Positions 13,745 to 25,689 of a stretch of DNA of 64,000 bases are shown piece after piece. The position numbers and the translations under genes were made by a program. The DNA is from Yuukianura sp. NJ FZ-2021 (lineage: Eukaryota), in the NCBI GenBank assembly GCA_046563655.1, contig CM102288.1:2108001-2172000 (forward strand), read 5' to 3'. Every line of letters starts with the position of its first letter. Within the stretch, counting starts at the first letter, position 1. Under the pieces are notes generated by a model. That model did no database searches. It was given only the letters and a program-made list of their open reading frames with translations, and was not told where the DNA came from.

Positions 13745-14884
13745 ATGGCTTGTTCGCAGTTGACATTTTACTATTCACAGTGGCGAGCACGTCGTGCTGG
13801 TTACAGCAGCATGATGCAAACGTATCGAGTGACGCTATCCGCTGGAGAGGAAGGGTCAAGGGGCAGGAGACTTTTTTCGTCATACCTCCAAACCCCTACG
13901 AAATTTATTGGAGAACTTCATGTGGTAAACATTCAGCAGAATTGCAAAATTTATGGTTCAAAGTGCAGCTAATTTGACAAATTTTTCTTGTTTTCTAGAT
14001 CTTGTCAATAGCTTTGATCGTGGCATTTAGTGTCGTTATTTCTATTTATGCAACGTTAGCTGAACCTGAAACGCAAGAAATGACTCATTACCGTAAGCTT
14101 AAATTTTTGCTAAAGTTGCAAATTTTTTAATTGATCTGTCGTTAATTTTTTTGCACAATGTTGTAGGGTCAGGAGTAATCGCATTCATGACTGTCTGTAT
14201 TGTCGGAAGCTGTCTTGATCTTGGCCTAGCGATTTTTCTTGTCCACTCTGCCAAACAGGTTGAATTTCCGAAAAGCAAAAAAAAAGCTTTCATGTCATTT
14301 TTTTTTGTCGAAAACTGAAATCGTTTTGATTTTGTTTCCAGATGAGTGTAACCAAGTGCCTTTTTTGGTGGCGGTGCACCTTTGTATCCACGGTTGTGTC
14401 CTGCATGCTCTCTTTGTGTTTTGCCATTCTCGTCGGCAGCGTTCTCATTCTTCTAGCTATTCTACCCAATACAGCCTTCAAGCCATTTGGACTTTACGTC
14501 GCCGGTGGATTTCTAGGCGACATTGCTCGAAACAAAGCCAAAGTTTCAGCAACTCGTCTCCATTTAGAGTCAGATCAAGACAACTTGGATGAGGACTGTG
14601 TAGATTACAGGACACAATCAAAACGACCTCCAACAGCTTCGTCTTCAAGTTCAAATCAAAGTACAACCAGAGCTAGATCAGTCCTGGTTTACCCTGACAT
14701 CGTTGACGGTGATGTCGCCTCCAGCGGTGACACTGTTCCACTAACAACTGCCAATGTTGTTGAAGAAATACTCCAAGAAAAATTCCACTTTTTATCTAAT
14801 CCAGCGTCGTCAAGTCACACGGCTGCGGCGAGGACAAAATCAAATCGCAAGAAATTCTTTGAAGATGACCAAAATCAAAACTAA
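13745..14884 (+). CDS. Uncharacterised ~4-TM membrane protein with Ser-rich cytoplasmic tail (4 coding exons)
   Basis: Exons ~13745-13924, 14000-14092, 14168-14259 and 14342-14884 join in frame via GT-AG introns; four hydrophobic segments; probable 5'UTR exon 12980-13140. Confidence 0.6.
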
Positions 14885-15022
14885 AAAGCACGCTTTTGCA
14901 CGTTTTCTATTATTTTCTTACTGCTAACCTTGAAAGTTAGTTTAATTTGTGCATTATGCCTTTCACCATTGTGATCTCAACTTAAGTCATTCACACATAA
15001 GTTATTTTGTCACTTCAATTAT

Positions 15023-15146
15023 GTTCTGCACAGAAGTAGTTCCTGAGTTTTGAAAACACCGCCACTGAAACGAAACGTTCTTGGGCAAAAGGAAGCTTCA
15101 TTGGCGGTATTTTCGAAACTGTGGAACCAGCAGTTCTGCGCAGAAC
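15023..15146. repeat. Imperfect ~125-bp inverted repeat (degenerate MITE or hairpin) between convergent 3' ends
   Basis: GTTCTGCACAGAA...GTTTTGAAAACACCGCCA pairs with TGGCGGTATTTTCGAAAC...TTCTGCGCAGAAC. Confidence 0.65.
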
Positions 15147-15181
15147 GATAGTAAATGTTAACTTAATTAGTTAATGCTAAC

Positions 15182-15803
15182 TTAATCAGTTAGTGATTTC
15201 ATTACTATGATGACCAAAGACAATGTAAGGAACAGAATTCTCATGGAGGACAATATAAATCTATTCCTCTGCCCATTTCCAGTGAGGTAAGAGGTCACAC
15301 AAGGTCTTATGGTTGTACTTCTTCTGGTTGTATTTGATTCGTCCCAGCTAAATCGCGGAACACAGTTTCCCGTTTTCGACCGGTAGCGTCCTGGAGGACA
15401 TTTCTTTCCAGTGCTAATCGCTCCAAATGAATTGTCAGTGATATTTTCCAGGCCCACTGGAGGCCTATAAGTTGACAGGGGAGGAGTACAAGGTTGCTTG
15501 TTTGACCAAGTCCTGAATTCCAGTGCTAGCGCTGGATCCAGTGGATCTTCTGGAAACAAATCAGTGTCTTCGCCGTCACCAGGGATTGTGTCCAAACTGG
15601 GGTCTTCGGTTGGCTGGGAGTCTTCAACTACTAGTTAATTAGTTGAATTAATCATAAGTTTCAATTAGTCGATTCTTAAATAATTGATATTTATTTGTAA
15701 TACCTGAGTTGAAATAACCGACATCAGCAAGGTCAAGGCCTCCTGGGCCGTAAGGCAGTGAAGTCGCTGGAGACAGCAGAAACGTCAAAATAACGAACAA
15801 CAT
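15182..15803 (-). CDS. Small secreted or membrane-anchored orphan protein (~182 aa, 2 exons) with CPPG-x8-C loop
   Basis: Signal-like MLFVILTFLLSPATSLP; exon 15803-15704 splices in frame to 15630-15182; hydrophobic C-terminus. Confidence 0.6.
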
Positions 15804-15971
15804 TTTGGATCTGGAGTGTTTCAGTGCATCGCTGGAAGCGTTGTGCAAAAGAGGAAGTAAAAACGCAGAAGTGAAGTGACAAAAGGGAGGGCTGTCAACA
15901 GTTCTTGGAAGAAATGAGGTCCATTTCACAGGAAAACAGTTGCATTACCACAAAAAGACGGTTTTGTAACT

Positions 15972-17097
15972 TTATTCAGTGTCTTCTCCAGAAGTTGAGC
16001 TACGTCTACTAGGTGAAGGTACAACGGAAGTTTTCTTGTCTGGAGTAAGCGAATTCCGAGTGTGCCAATACTCAACGTTTTTGTCTTGAACGATTTTGGC
16101 AACTTTTCTGGACACAACTTCTTTCGTCTTGGGGCATTCCATTTTAGACCAACCAATGGGAACCATGAAGTAACCTAAAAGTTTAGACGCCGTTTACAAT
16201 AAAATTAAATCATCTCGGCAGAATTTAGTCTGGAATTTGAAAGTTGTTAGAAGCTGGATCATCAATTAAATTGTACCTGCTGAGCTGACTGATGTCGCCA
16301 CTCCGAGTCCATCTTCTGCTGTTGACATTATGAAGTCTCCATCTCCAATACCGACCTTGAGTTAAAATGAAATCTAACATCCTTGCATTACATTCAAAAA
16401 TGTTTTTAGGATTCGTTAGCTTACCACTCGTGCTAAAACGATATCACCAATACCAAAACTGGTTTCAATTTCGGCCAAATCCCTCTGGCAGTCTGTAATG
16501 TACTCGCGGCGAATAATTCCGCGTAGTGCTTCTTCTAGTTTGACGTTTCCAACATGAGTTATGAGGCAGCGACAAAGTTTTCTTGTGCGAGATGTGACTG
16601 TACAGGTAACAATGGCCATGAGCTGAGGTGAGGCAAAGGGACGATGGCCTGGACTTCTAACCACTGACACGACAGTTAACTAAAAAAAAATGAAAATCAA
16701 CACAAGAAAGTAACCAAAACCAAATATACAACGCATCTAACTTACCTCTTGGTCTGGAAATTCTTGGACTGAAATATGTCCCAAAATGGACGAATAAATT
16801 GCATTCCCAAATTCGTAAGCTCCATCTCCAGCCTCAAAGTACTCGTTAGCGACACACAGTTTCTGACCTAAAAAAAATCAACGTCATTTCATGATGTTAC
16901 TCATTCAATTCTGCACTGGAAAAAACGTAAGCGCTATTAAAATATATCAAGTAACCTGGCATGCAAATTTCTCCTTCACACAGTTCCTGTTTGTTTCGTT
17001 CAGCAGTTGACCTCTGCTGAAGCTGATTCGATACCTTTGCACCACTTTCTGGGGTTTTCACTTGGCCATCAACTTGCATTGCTGTAGAGTCTGCCAT
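15972..17097 (-). CDS. EXOSC1: Exosome complex component CSL4 (5 exons)
   Basis: ICMPGQKLC...IYSSILG N-terminus, S1 domain RGIIRREYI...SFGIGDIVLARV, C-terminal MVPIGWSKMECPKTKEVVSRKVAK; AATAAA overlaps the stop. Confidence 0.9.
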
Positions 17098-17539
17098 TTT
17101 AAAACTTACTTAATCTAAATAAGCTATATTTAGCAAACTGCCCTATTAGTTATTAAATTACAATTAAAATTAAGGATTTCACTAATCGAAATCGTTTTGT
17201 AAACAAAAACGTGCTTTCTTTTCACTTTTCATTTGCCACTTTTTTGACTTTTTATTTTGAATTGACTTTTTTGAAGATTATTTTGATTCAGGTTTGACTT
17301 TCGCGCGAAATCATTTGAACCACGAAAACACCCCGCGGGATTTTTAAATTTGACTTTTAAATTTGGAATCTTGGTTGCAGTATGACTAAAGCAGCGCCAT
17401 TGTACCCGGACAAAGCAGCCATAGTAATTTCGGCCATCTTTATTAGCCACAATTGGTGGCTACACTGTGCAGTAATTTAAGTTGCCACTTGAAGTAGAGT
17501 TAGGTTATGTTAAAGTGGCTGCTTAGGTTGCGGTCGAGG

Positions 17540-17763
17540 TAAACTTTAACGACCGTCATTGTAGCCACACAGTGTAGCCACTCCGCCATTTTTAGTGGCT
17601 ACAATGGGTGGCTACACCTGAGTGGCAACTTAAGTAGCCACTTTAACCTAACCTAACCTAGAGTGGCAACATAAGTTGCCGCAAAGTGTAGCCATCCATT
17701 GTAGCCACAAAAAATGGCGGAGTGGCTACACTGTGCGGCTACAATGACGGTCGTTAAAGTTTA
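17540..17763. mobile_element. MITE-like palindromic element with ~78-bp terminal inverted repeats and an internal (TAACC)3 tract
   Basis: TAAACTTTAACGACCGTCATTGTAGCC... is the reverse complement of ...GGCTACAATGACGGTCGTTAAAGTTTA; TA at both ends. Confidence 0.85.
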
Positions 17764-18286
17764 AAGATAAAGCGTACGTCTTGTTTACAGCAACCAAGAC
17801 AGAAATCACGACGTCGTGATTTGCTCTATTTTAAAAAGTTTTTTAGAGCACAGTGGTAAACAAAACTATTCTGGTCGGCGAAAATTAAAAAAAAATGTGC
17901 AGAACTAAAAATATTTTTTTGATTTTATTAAAAAACTTTTTTTTTTCGTTGAGACACGAAAATATTTTTATAAATATAAAAATAAAACTGTTTACAGCAC
18001 AAAATTTTGTTTTACAAAAAAAAATATCTTTTTGCCAAAAAAACTTTATTTCTTTGGAAAAATATTTCTTTTTATAATAAAAAATTTTTATTTAGGAAAT
18101 TTTTTTTTTAATTAAATAAAAATAATTTATATTTGGAGTCGTCAATGCCCCTCCATAAAGTTGTCTACTTTTTTTAAAAAAACAATCCAAAGTTGAACTA
18201 TAAAGAAGCGCCATTTGAAACTAGGTTTGGTGAAAACTATTATGATAAAATTCGTGACATTCAAAACTTTCACAAAATTGACTCAC

Positions 18287-18563
18287 CTCTACGCCTTCAT
18301 CTTCCTTTTCGATAGCCGTTAGAGACTCCGCGTCAGCCAAATTGTCAACAGCGATAGCCAAGAAGACGTTGAGCAGGATATCTGTAAAAAATTTGAGATC
18401 AAATCGAATTTTCACGAAATTTTGCGGGCTTAGCGAACTTACAGTTCCTGCAGATGAATAGGATAATGAAGTACACGCAGGCGAGAATTCCAATGGAACC
18501 AACACCGCCGTACGCCTGAATCCCTTGATACATCACAGCGTTCCAGTCTTCACCCGTCAAGAT
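18287..18563 (-). pseudogene. Captured two-exon fragment of an L-type voltage-gated Ca channel alpha1 (Cav1/Ca-alpha1D domain II pore loop and IIS6)
   Basis: Exons 18563-18443 and 18381-18287 translate [72 protein letters not shown]; no other channel exons in the window. Confidence 0.9.
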
Positions 18564-18836
18564 CTACAAAGGAAAATTTTTAATTTGTTATGCTTCAAAA
18601 TTCCGAGTTTTATATTTTTTATTTTTTTTATTTTAGGTTTTTGCAATGTCGTCATGCCACCCAGCTTTAATGCTATTTTGGCTTTCTATCCAAATGTATT
18701 TACAAACTTTTCAAACAAAGATGATTCAGTCTTCACAATTTTCTCAGCCACTACGTAAATTCTTTGAACAATTTCAACTCCAAGCAGGAACCCTGATTTT
18801 TTTTTCACGAAAGAGGTCAAGAGGTCAAACATAAAT

Positions 18837-20223
18837 ATGACTCCACTTTTTCGCGCCACTGACCGATTCACGGTCACAGCCTGGCCATGGCCCATGCTTT
18901 TGCTTGTTCTTGGATTCTACATGTTTCCTGCTCCCTCTAGAGCAGGCGAAATTAACAGCAATGAACGTTATTGGGAGTCGTAAGTACAAAGAAACGTAAT
19001 CTAAAACTGTCTTTGGCGCGAACTTTTGGTACGTTTTAAATTTCAAACATAACTCAAAATTTTGATTAATTTTTTTTTGTAATAACAGGGAATGGTACTA
19101 CACAACAAGCAACATGAAGATGTTCCCATTCTTAGTCTTCCAGGACTTCCAAACGTGCTTCGTAACACGAGATCTGTCTCTGCAGGAACTACTTATAGAT
19201 GAACCCGATGACCCTAGTAATCCAGGATTTTATGTTTCCGGGTTGGACTGGTCGGAATGGTCCATATACCTCAATGACTTTGACTTCTGGAACCGACTTC
19301 AGCTGGAAGAGGACGCCGCAGTAATCAAGTACCACAAGATAATCCATGCTGATTCACACTACGACTACATTCGCTGTGCCATTCTTATTTGGCTCGTTTT
19401 TTTCTGCCTGGTCTTTGCTCTTCATACGATCTACTTCTTCTGCCTTGGGCTTCTCATGGGAACGCCTATCCTCTGGGGCCTTCCAAAACTCTACCCATCA
19501 GTAAACGTTTACGGTCGCAAAGTCATCATTACTTGGATGGTCACGTGGAGAGAGCGCATTCGCTTTAACGACAAAGACGCCTACAACGAAATCTACCGCG
19601 ACGTTTTCTACCGCGTTCCGCTCCTGTTCCGTCGACATAGCAGTGAGAGTGAGCCCGAAGAGGTGCGGAACTTGCTGGAGCCGTACGAGACCTACGTTGA
19701 ACCGGATGACGAAATGGTGGAACTGCTGGACGAAAGTTTGTCAGATATGGAACTGGATGCGGAGTTGTGGGCCGCCGTGCCACTGCTGGATGGTGGCGAA
19801 CGCTATGAAAAGACGCGTCTTCAAAAGGAAGAAGAAACTGTTCAGCAAATGATGGAAATGATGGAAATGGATCCACATCGGAAACTGAAGGAAGAAGTTT
19901 ACCGTGAACGAATGGAGGCAGATGCTGCTGAGGAACTGGCACGTCTCGGAGCCGAAGCTGTCGCATATCGAGATGAAATGGAACGACAGGAACTGATGAT
20001 GCGAAGGAAGAAACGGAAAATGGTGTACGACTTCGTGGGACGACGGACTGGTTCGTCTTCGTCTTCGGAGTCAGCTCCGTCGGTAGATGAGGATCGAGAA
20101 GTCCGAATGGCTTACTACAGAGAGGCGTTTGAGAGGAAGAAACGTAAGCAAAAACTTACTCCTAAGAAGCGTAAATACTTCTTGAGAACTAAGGATCCCA
20201 TTATCATTTGGAGACAGCGGTAA
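18837..20223 (+). CDS. Orphan membrane protein (~425 aa, 2 exons): signal peptide, ectodomain, TM region, acidic helical region and basic tail
   Basis: Exon 18837-18979 (MTPLFRATDRFTVTAWPWPMLLLVLGFYMFPAPSRAG...) with phase-2 GTAAGT donor splices in frame at AACAG|19089 to the 369-aa ORF; AATAAA near 20315. Confidence 0.7.
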
Positions 20224-20989
20224 ACTTCTGGACAGCTAGCAACTAAACGTTAAAAGTCTAAACTTAGCCTAACATTATGGCTTCCTAATAGACGCATTGG
20301 TACAATACCAAACGAATAAAAAAAATGCTGTCAATAAAGCAAATGATTTGGTAAATTTTATCATAATAGTTTTCACAGTTTTCACCAAACCTAGTTTCAA
20401 ATGGCGCTTCTTTATAGTTCAACTTTGGATTGCTTTTTTAAAAAAAGTGGACAACTTTATGGAGGGGCAGAATGGAGGGGCATAAGAACGCCTTTTTTTC
20501 AATTAAATAAAAATAATTTATATTTGGAGTCGTCAATGCCCCTCCATAAATTGTGGTCGTAATCCACAATTCTTACGACAACCGAACGTTTTGCCAAGAA
20601 AAATTGGTTTTGTTTTTGTCTGACACGTGCTATGCACGAGTCAATCAGTAACTTTTCAAATTTCAATTTGTCAATAATTGTTAGATTAATTAATTAGAAC
20701 CATAGTTAAATAGCTACTTAGCTTAACTTGGCTACTTAGCCGCATTTCATTAACACTTTGCATTTACATACGGCCGTGCTAGCTACGACTTACGAGGATA
20801 GCCTGCTTCACTTACAGTTACAAGAAGGAAAAGCCTTACGAAAGCCAAACGTTCTTTCGATTACGGTAACTACTATATACTCCGAATTTTGAAATCTGTT
20901 ATCAATTGGTTATTCACAAATCGTTAAATGAGAATGTAGTAATATTTCTGTTTCTGTCACATGTTTCCAGAGAGCGAGAATTGTAAGTC

Positions 20990-23900
20990 ATGGATCTCTT
21001 TGGGTCAGACGAATTGTTCAATATCTTTGAAGCTGATCAGTTGACAACCAGTCGCCCAGGGAAGAGGAAGCTGGAGGATGTTGTAGAATCGTCCACGAAA
21101 ACTGTTAAGAAGAAATCCAAGCTCAAGAACAACAAACCAAAGCCGGACGCGATCGGGAAAACAGGCGTACCGATATCAAACGAAGCAGAATCATCTCAAG
21201 TTGCAGATACAGAAGAGGTAGAAGCAGGAGAGCTTGAAGAAGTTGAACTTGATTCTAATTCCGAATCTGAAGTCGATTCAGATTCAAGTTCTAAAGAAGA
21301 TGAACCAGTGGAGCAGGAATCTGAGGAACCTGACGTTATCACAATTGACGATGAAGATGATCGAATGGAAACACACCCCGTTTCTTCTACTTCCATTTCT
21401 GTGGTTCAAGTAAAAACCGAAATAGTAGTAGAAACACCGTCTACTTCTACAGCAAATGCGGAAGAAAGTTCAAGTAAAACGAATGACCCCGAACCAAATA
21501 AGACAGATGAAGCAGCAGTTCCACCTGCAGATGACGACGACGACGAAGAGGACGAAACTGAAACTAGAACCGAAGACCTTACCGCTCTGCAGAAATTTTT
21601 GCCACAAGTTGAAGTCAAGACGCTGGAAACTCCAGAAGGGTCTGGATGTACTCATGTTGTCACTACCCCAATTGACAACTTCTACTACATTCCTCTTCAT
21701 CCAATTGACAAGCCAGTCAAAACTTATCCCTTCAAGCTGGATTTGTTCCAAGATCGAGCAGTTCAGTGTGTTGACAACTACCAGTCTGTGTTGGTCTCGG
21801 CTCATACTTCCGCTGGCAAAACGGTGGTAGCTGAGTAAGTTTTTTCGAAAATATAATTGATATTCCAACATTTTTCACCAAGATCAAGTGTTTTCTGTTT
21901 GAATTTTTTCATAGATATGCCATTGCCAAAGGATTGAAAGATAACCAAAGAGTCATCTACACCACTCCTATCAAAGCACTCAGCAATCAAAAGTATCGCG
22001 AATTTTATGAAGAATTTAAAGATGTTGGACTCATTACTGGAGATGTCACGATTAATCCCTCTGCGGGATGCCTCATCATGACTACTGAGGTAGGTTATCC
22101 ACAAAGACTTAAGTTAACTAACTTAAGGTTTTAATTACTCAAGCGTTTCATTTTCATAGATTTTGAGGAATATGCTGTATCGAGGTTCAGAAATTATGAG
22201 AGAGGTGGGATGGGTAGTGTTTGATGAAATTCATTACATGCGAGACAAGGAACGAGGCGTTGTTTGGGAAGAAACGATTATTTTGTTACCTCAAAAGACA
22301 CACTATGTCTTCCTGTCGGCTACAATCCCAAATGCTGTTCAGTTTGCCCAGTGGATAACGCATCTTCATCGTCAACCTTGCAATGTTATCCATACCGACT
22401 ACCGTCCAGTTCCTTTGCATCATTACATCTACCCCGTCGGAGCTGATGGAATTCATCTTATTGTGGATGATTGTGTAAGTTACTAATATTTAGCATGAAA
22501 CAGATCATAGCAGATCATAGGTTTACATGATTTTTGATTTTTCAGGGTAACTTTCGTGAAGATGCTTTCAATACAGCAATGGGAATGTTGAAACCGGAAG
22601 CTGGCGGGAGTCGAGGCAGACGAGGCCAACCAGCCCGTTTTGGCCAGAAGGGAAAAGGAGGCGGTGGTGGAGAAGAATCTCCGTGTCAAAAGGTCATCAA
22701 AATGGCCATGGAGAATGACTTGTCTCCAGTTATATGCTTCAGTTTCAGTCGCAAGGACTGCGAAAACTATGCACTTCAACTCTCCAAATTGGACTTCAAC
22801 TCAGGTTTTATGAATTTTTCAATTTGTTTGTGTAAAACACGTTGATTTTATTTTACTAATTGACGGTGTGTTTATATTTAGCGCAAGACAAGAACATGGT
22901 GACAGAAGTCTTCCAGAATGCAGTGGATGTTTTGAGTAAAGAGGATCAGAAGTTGCCTCAAGTCGAAAGTTTGTTGCCTATTTTGAAACGAGGAATTGGA
23001 ATCCATCATGGAGGTAAACCAACCGAAATTTTAAAACGAAACGAAATTCATTATTTCAGTATTTTTCATTTTTTCAGAATCTTATTTTTAAAATTGAATT
23101 TCAGGTCTCCTCCCACTTCTCAAAGAAACAATTGAGATTCTCTTCTCAGAAGGTCTCATCAAAGTACTGTTTGCCACTGAAACGTTTGCAATGGGACTCA
23201 ACATGCCAGCAAGAACCGTAATGTTTACTGGAATGAGAAAGTTTGATGGAAAAGACTATCGATGGGTAAGAATGCAAGTTATCAACTCACAGTCTCTGTC
23301 AAGATCAATACTCTCAATATTTTTTTTCTTTTTAGATCACTTCTGGAGAGTACATTCAAATGTCTGGACGAGCTGGACGACGAGGAATTGATGACAAAGG
23401 AATAACTATTACAATGATGGATGAGAAAATTACTCCAACTGTGGGTCGAAATCTGCTCAAAGGAGCAGCAGATCCAATCAACTCAGCTTTCCATCTTACG
23501 TACAACATGGTCCTCAATTTGATGCGAGTGGAGGAAATCAATCCAGAGTTTATGATGGAACGCAGTTTCTTTCAATTTCAAAACTACTCTTCCATACCCG
23601 GCGTCTGTGAGAGTATGTACAACTCAAGAGATTTTTCAAATGTGGTTTTGGAGAACTGTATACCTCAATTTGTGTTTTCTAGAATTGATGAAAGCGGAGA
23701 AAGAGTACAAGGAAATGGAAGTTCCTCGTGAAAAAGAAGTCGCTTCTTATTATCGATTACGACAACATTTGACCAAACTTGGGAAAGAATTCAAGGAATT
23801 CTTAACAAAACCGAAATATATCGTGCCGTTTCTGCAGCCTGGAAGAATGGTCCAAGTAAGCTTAATTCAAAAAACGAAAATGAAAAGTTTTCTAAGTTTC

Positions 23901-25260
23901 TTGTTTTTTTAAGTACATGTACGTTTAAAAATTCGAATTGCTGTGTCCGATCAGGTGACAACAGGAGTTTTGGAATTTGGGTGGGGAGCAGTAGTGGCTT
24001 TTCGACGTCAAGATAACCCCAAGGAGAATCCGATGACCCACAGTGACCCTGTGTACGTCGTCGATGTCCTCTTACACGTTTCAAGTGAAACAAAAGATGT
24101 CAAGTCAACAAGTGACATCCGCCCGGCCACTTCCGATAAACCATCAGAAATGCGAATTGTTCCAGTGTTCTTAGGTGCAATTGACAAAGTGAGTCAAGTG
24201 AGACTTTACTTATCCCAAGACCTGCGATCCGCCGAACGACGAATGGCAGTACTTCTGAGCATAAACGAAGTGAAGAGACGATTCCCCGATGGTATTCCAA
24301 TTCTAGACCCCATCAATGATCTCAAAATCAAGGATCCAGAGTTCAAGAGAATCGTGAAGAAGATCACAAATTATGAAACATCGTTACATGCCCATCCTCT
24401 GCACAATGACAAACAGACACCGGAACTCTACAACTTGTATCTCAAGAAAGTGGATGTTCATGCAAAGGTGGAAGATGCAAAGAGTGAACTCAAGAAGGCC
24501 AAGTCACTATTACAAATGGATGAATTGAAGTGTCGGAAGAGAGTGCTGCGTCGTTTGGGCTATTCTGCTGGGGATGATGTGATTCAAATCAAAGGCCGAG
24601 TTGCGTGTGAGCTGACGAGTGCTGATGAGCTGCTGCTTACGGAAATGATCTTCAATGGAGTCTTCATTGATCTTGATGTGCCACAGACAGTGGCTCTCCT
24701 CAGTTGTCTCGTTTGCGACGAAAAGAGCAACGAAGTGCCGAAATTGTCAGAAGATCTCTCCGGAGCTTTAAAAATGATGCAGGTTAGTCCTTGATTCGAA
24801 GAATTTGAATATCTTAAGTGTTCTAAAGGTCATGTGATGACAGATTTTTCATTTAATTTTTAGGACATCGCTAGGCAAATCGCAAAAGTTAGCAAGGAGT
24901 GCAAAATGGACACAGACGAAGACGAGTACGTGGAACGATTCAAACCGTTTTTGATGGATGTCGTCTACGGATGGGCGAAAGGAGCCACGTTTTCGGATAT
25001 TTGTGCTATGACTGACATTTTTGAAGGTTTGTGTTTTGATTCCAAAGTTGCAACTTACGAGATTCAAGAAAGTTAGCTAATGAATGTTGAGTTTTCTTTT
25101 AGGTGGCATCATTCGGTGTATGAGGAGACTGGAAGAACTGTTGCGTCAAATGTCGCTGGCAGCCAAGGTCATTGGGAATAAGGAATTGGAAGAGAAGTTC
25201 AACTCGGGTGTGAAAATGATCAAAAGAGACATCGTCTTTGCTGCAAGCTTGTATCTGTGA
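20990..25260 (+). CDS. MTREX: Exosome RNA helicase MTR4 (SKIV2L2)
   Basis: [36 protein letters not shown] motifs; KOW arch; C-terminal [12 protein letters not shown]. Confidence 0.96.
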
Positions 25261-25689
25261 ACGACCTGACACCATGCAGTAATACTTTTAATTACTAAAA
25301 GAGATGGTGTCGTCAAGATGACAACGGACAGGGAGAGGTTAACCTCTCCGTTAGGTTAGGTTTCTGTCTACTAAGGTATTTCTTTTTTTTAAAGTAAATC
25401 CTCTGAAGATCAACTTTTTGGTAATAATTTGGAATTCGACACAAATACTACTTTCACTCAATAATTTCATTTTCACTTAATTTCGATATTGTAACCAATT
25501 CTATTCTTACTTGCCTTGTTTCAGAGTATGGAGAATTTAATTTCAGGAGCGCGAAACTATATGTAATTTTATGGGGGAAAGGGAAAGAAAAGGTTAAATG
25601 TTACATTAACCTGTTTGCTCCGACAATCGGTTGAATTAACCTGCTTCATAATCCGATTACACCGCAATTTGTTGCAGTGAACTTTCGCT

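Larger units (their letters stand above)
18146..20469. mobile_element. Non-autonomous TIR element with gene cargo (Pack-type)
   Basis: ~107-bp inverted repeats 18146-18252 and 20354-20469 (right arm has a 9-bp internal duplication); no transposase; perfect 50-bp direct repeat at 18110-18159 and 20501-20550. Confidence 0.8.

Noticed and set aside
17849..17880. CACAGTG heptamer resembling a Transib/RSS terminus just left of the cargo element
   Set aside because: No matching inverted CACTGTG end with a 5-bp TSD was found on the right side; may be chance
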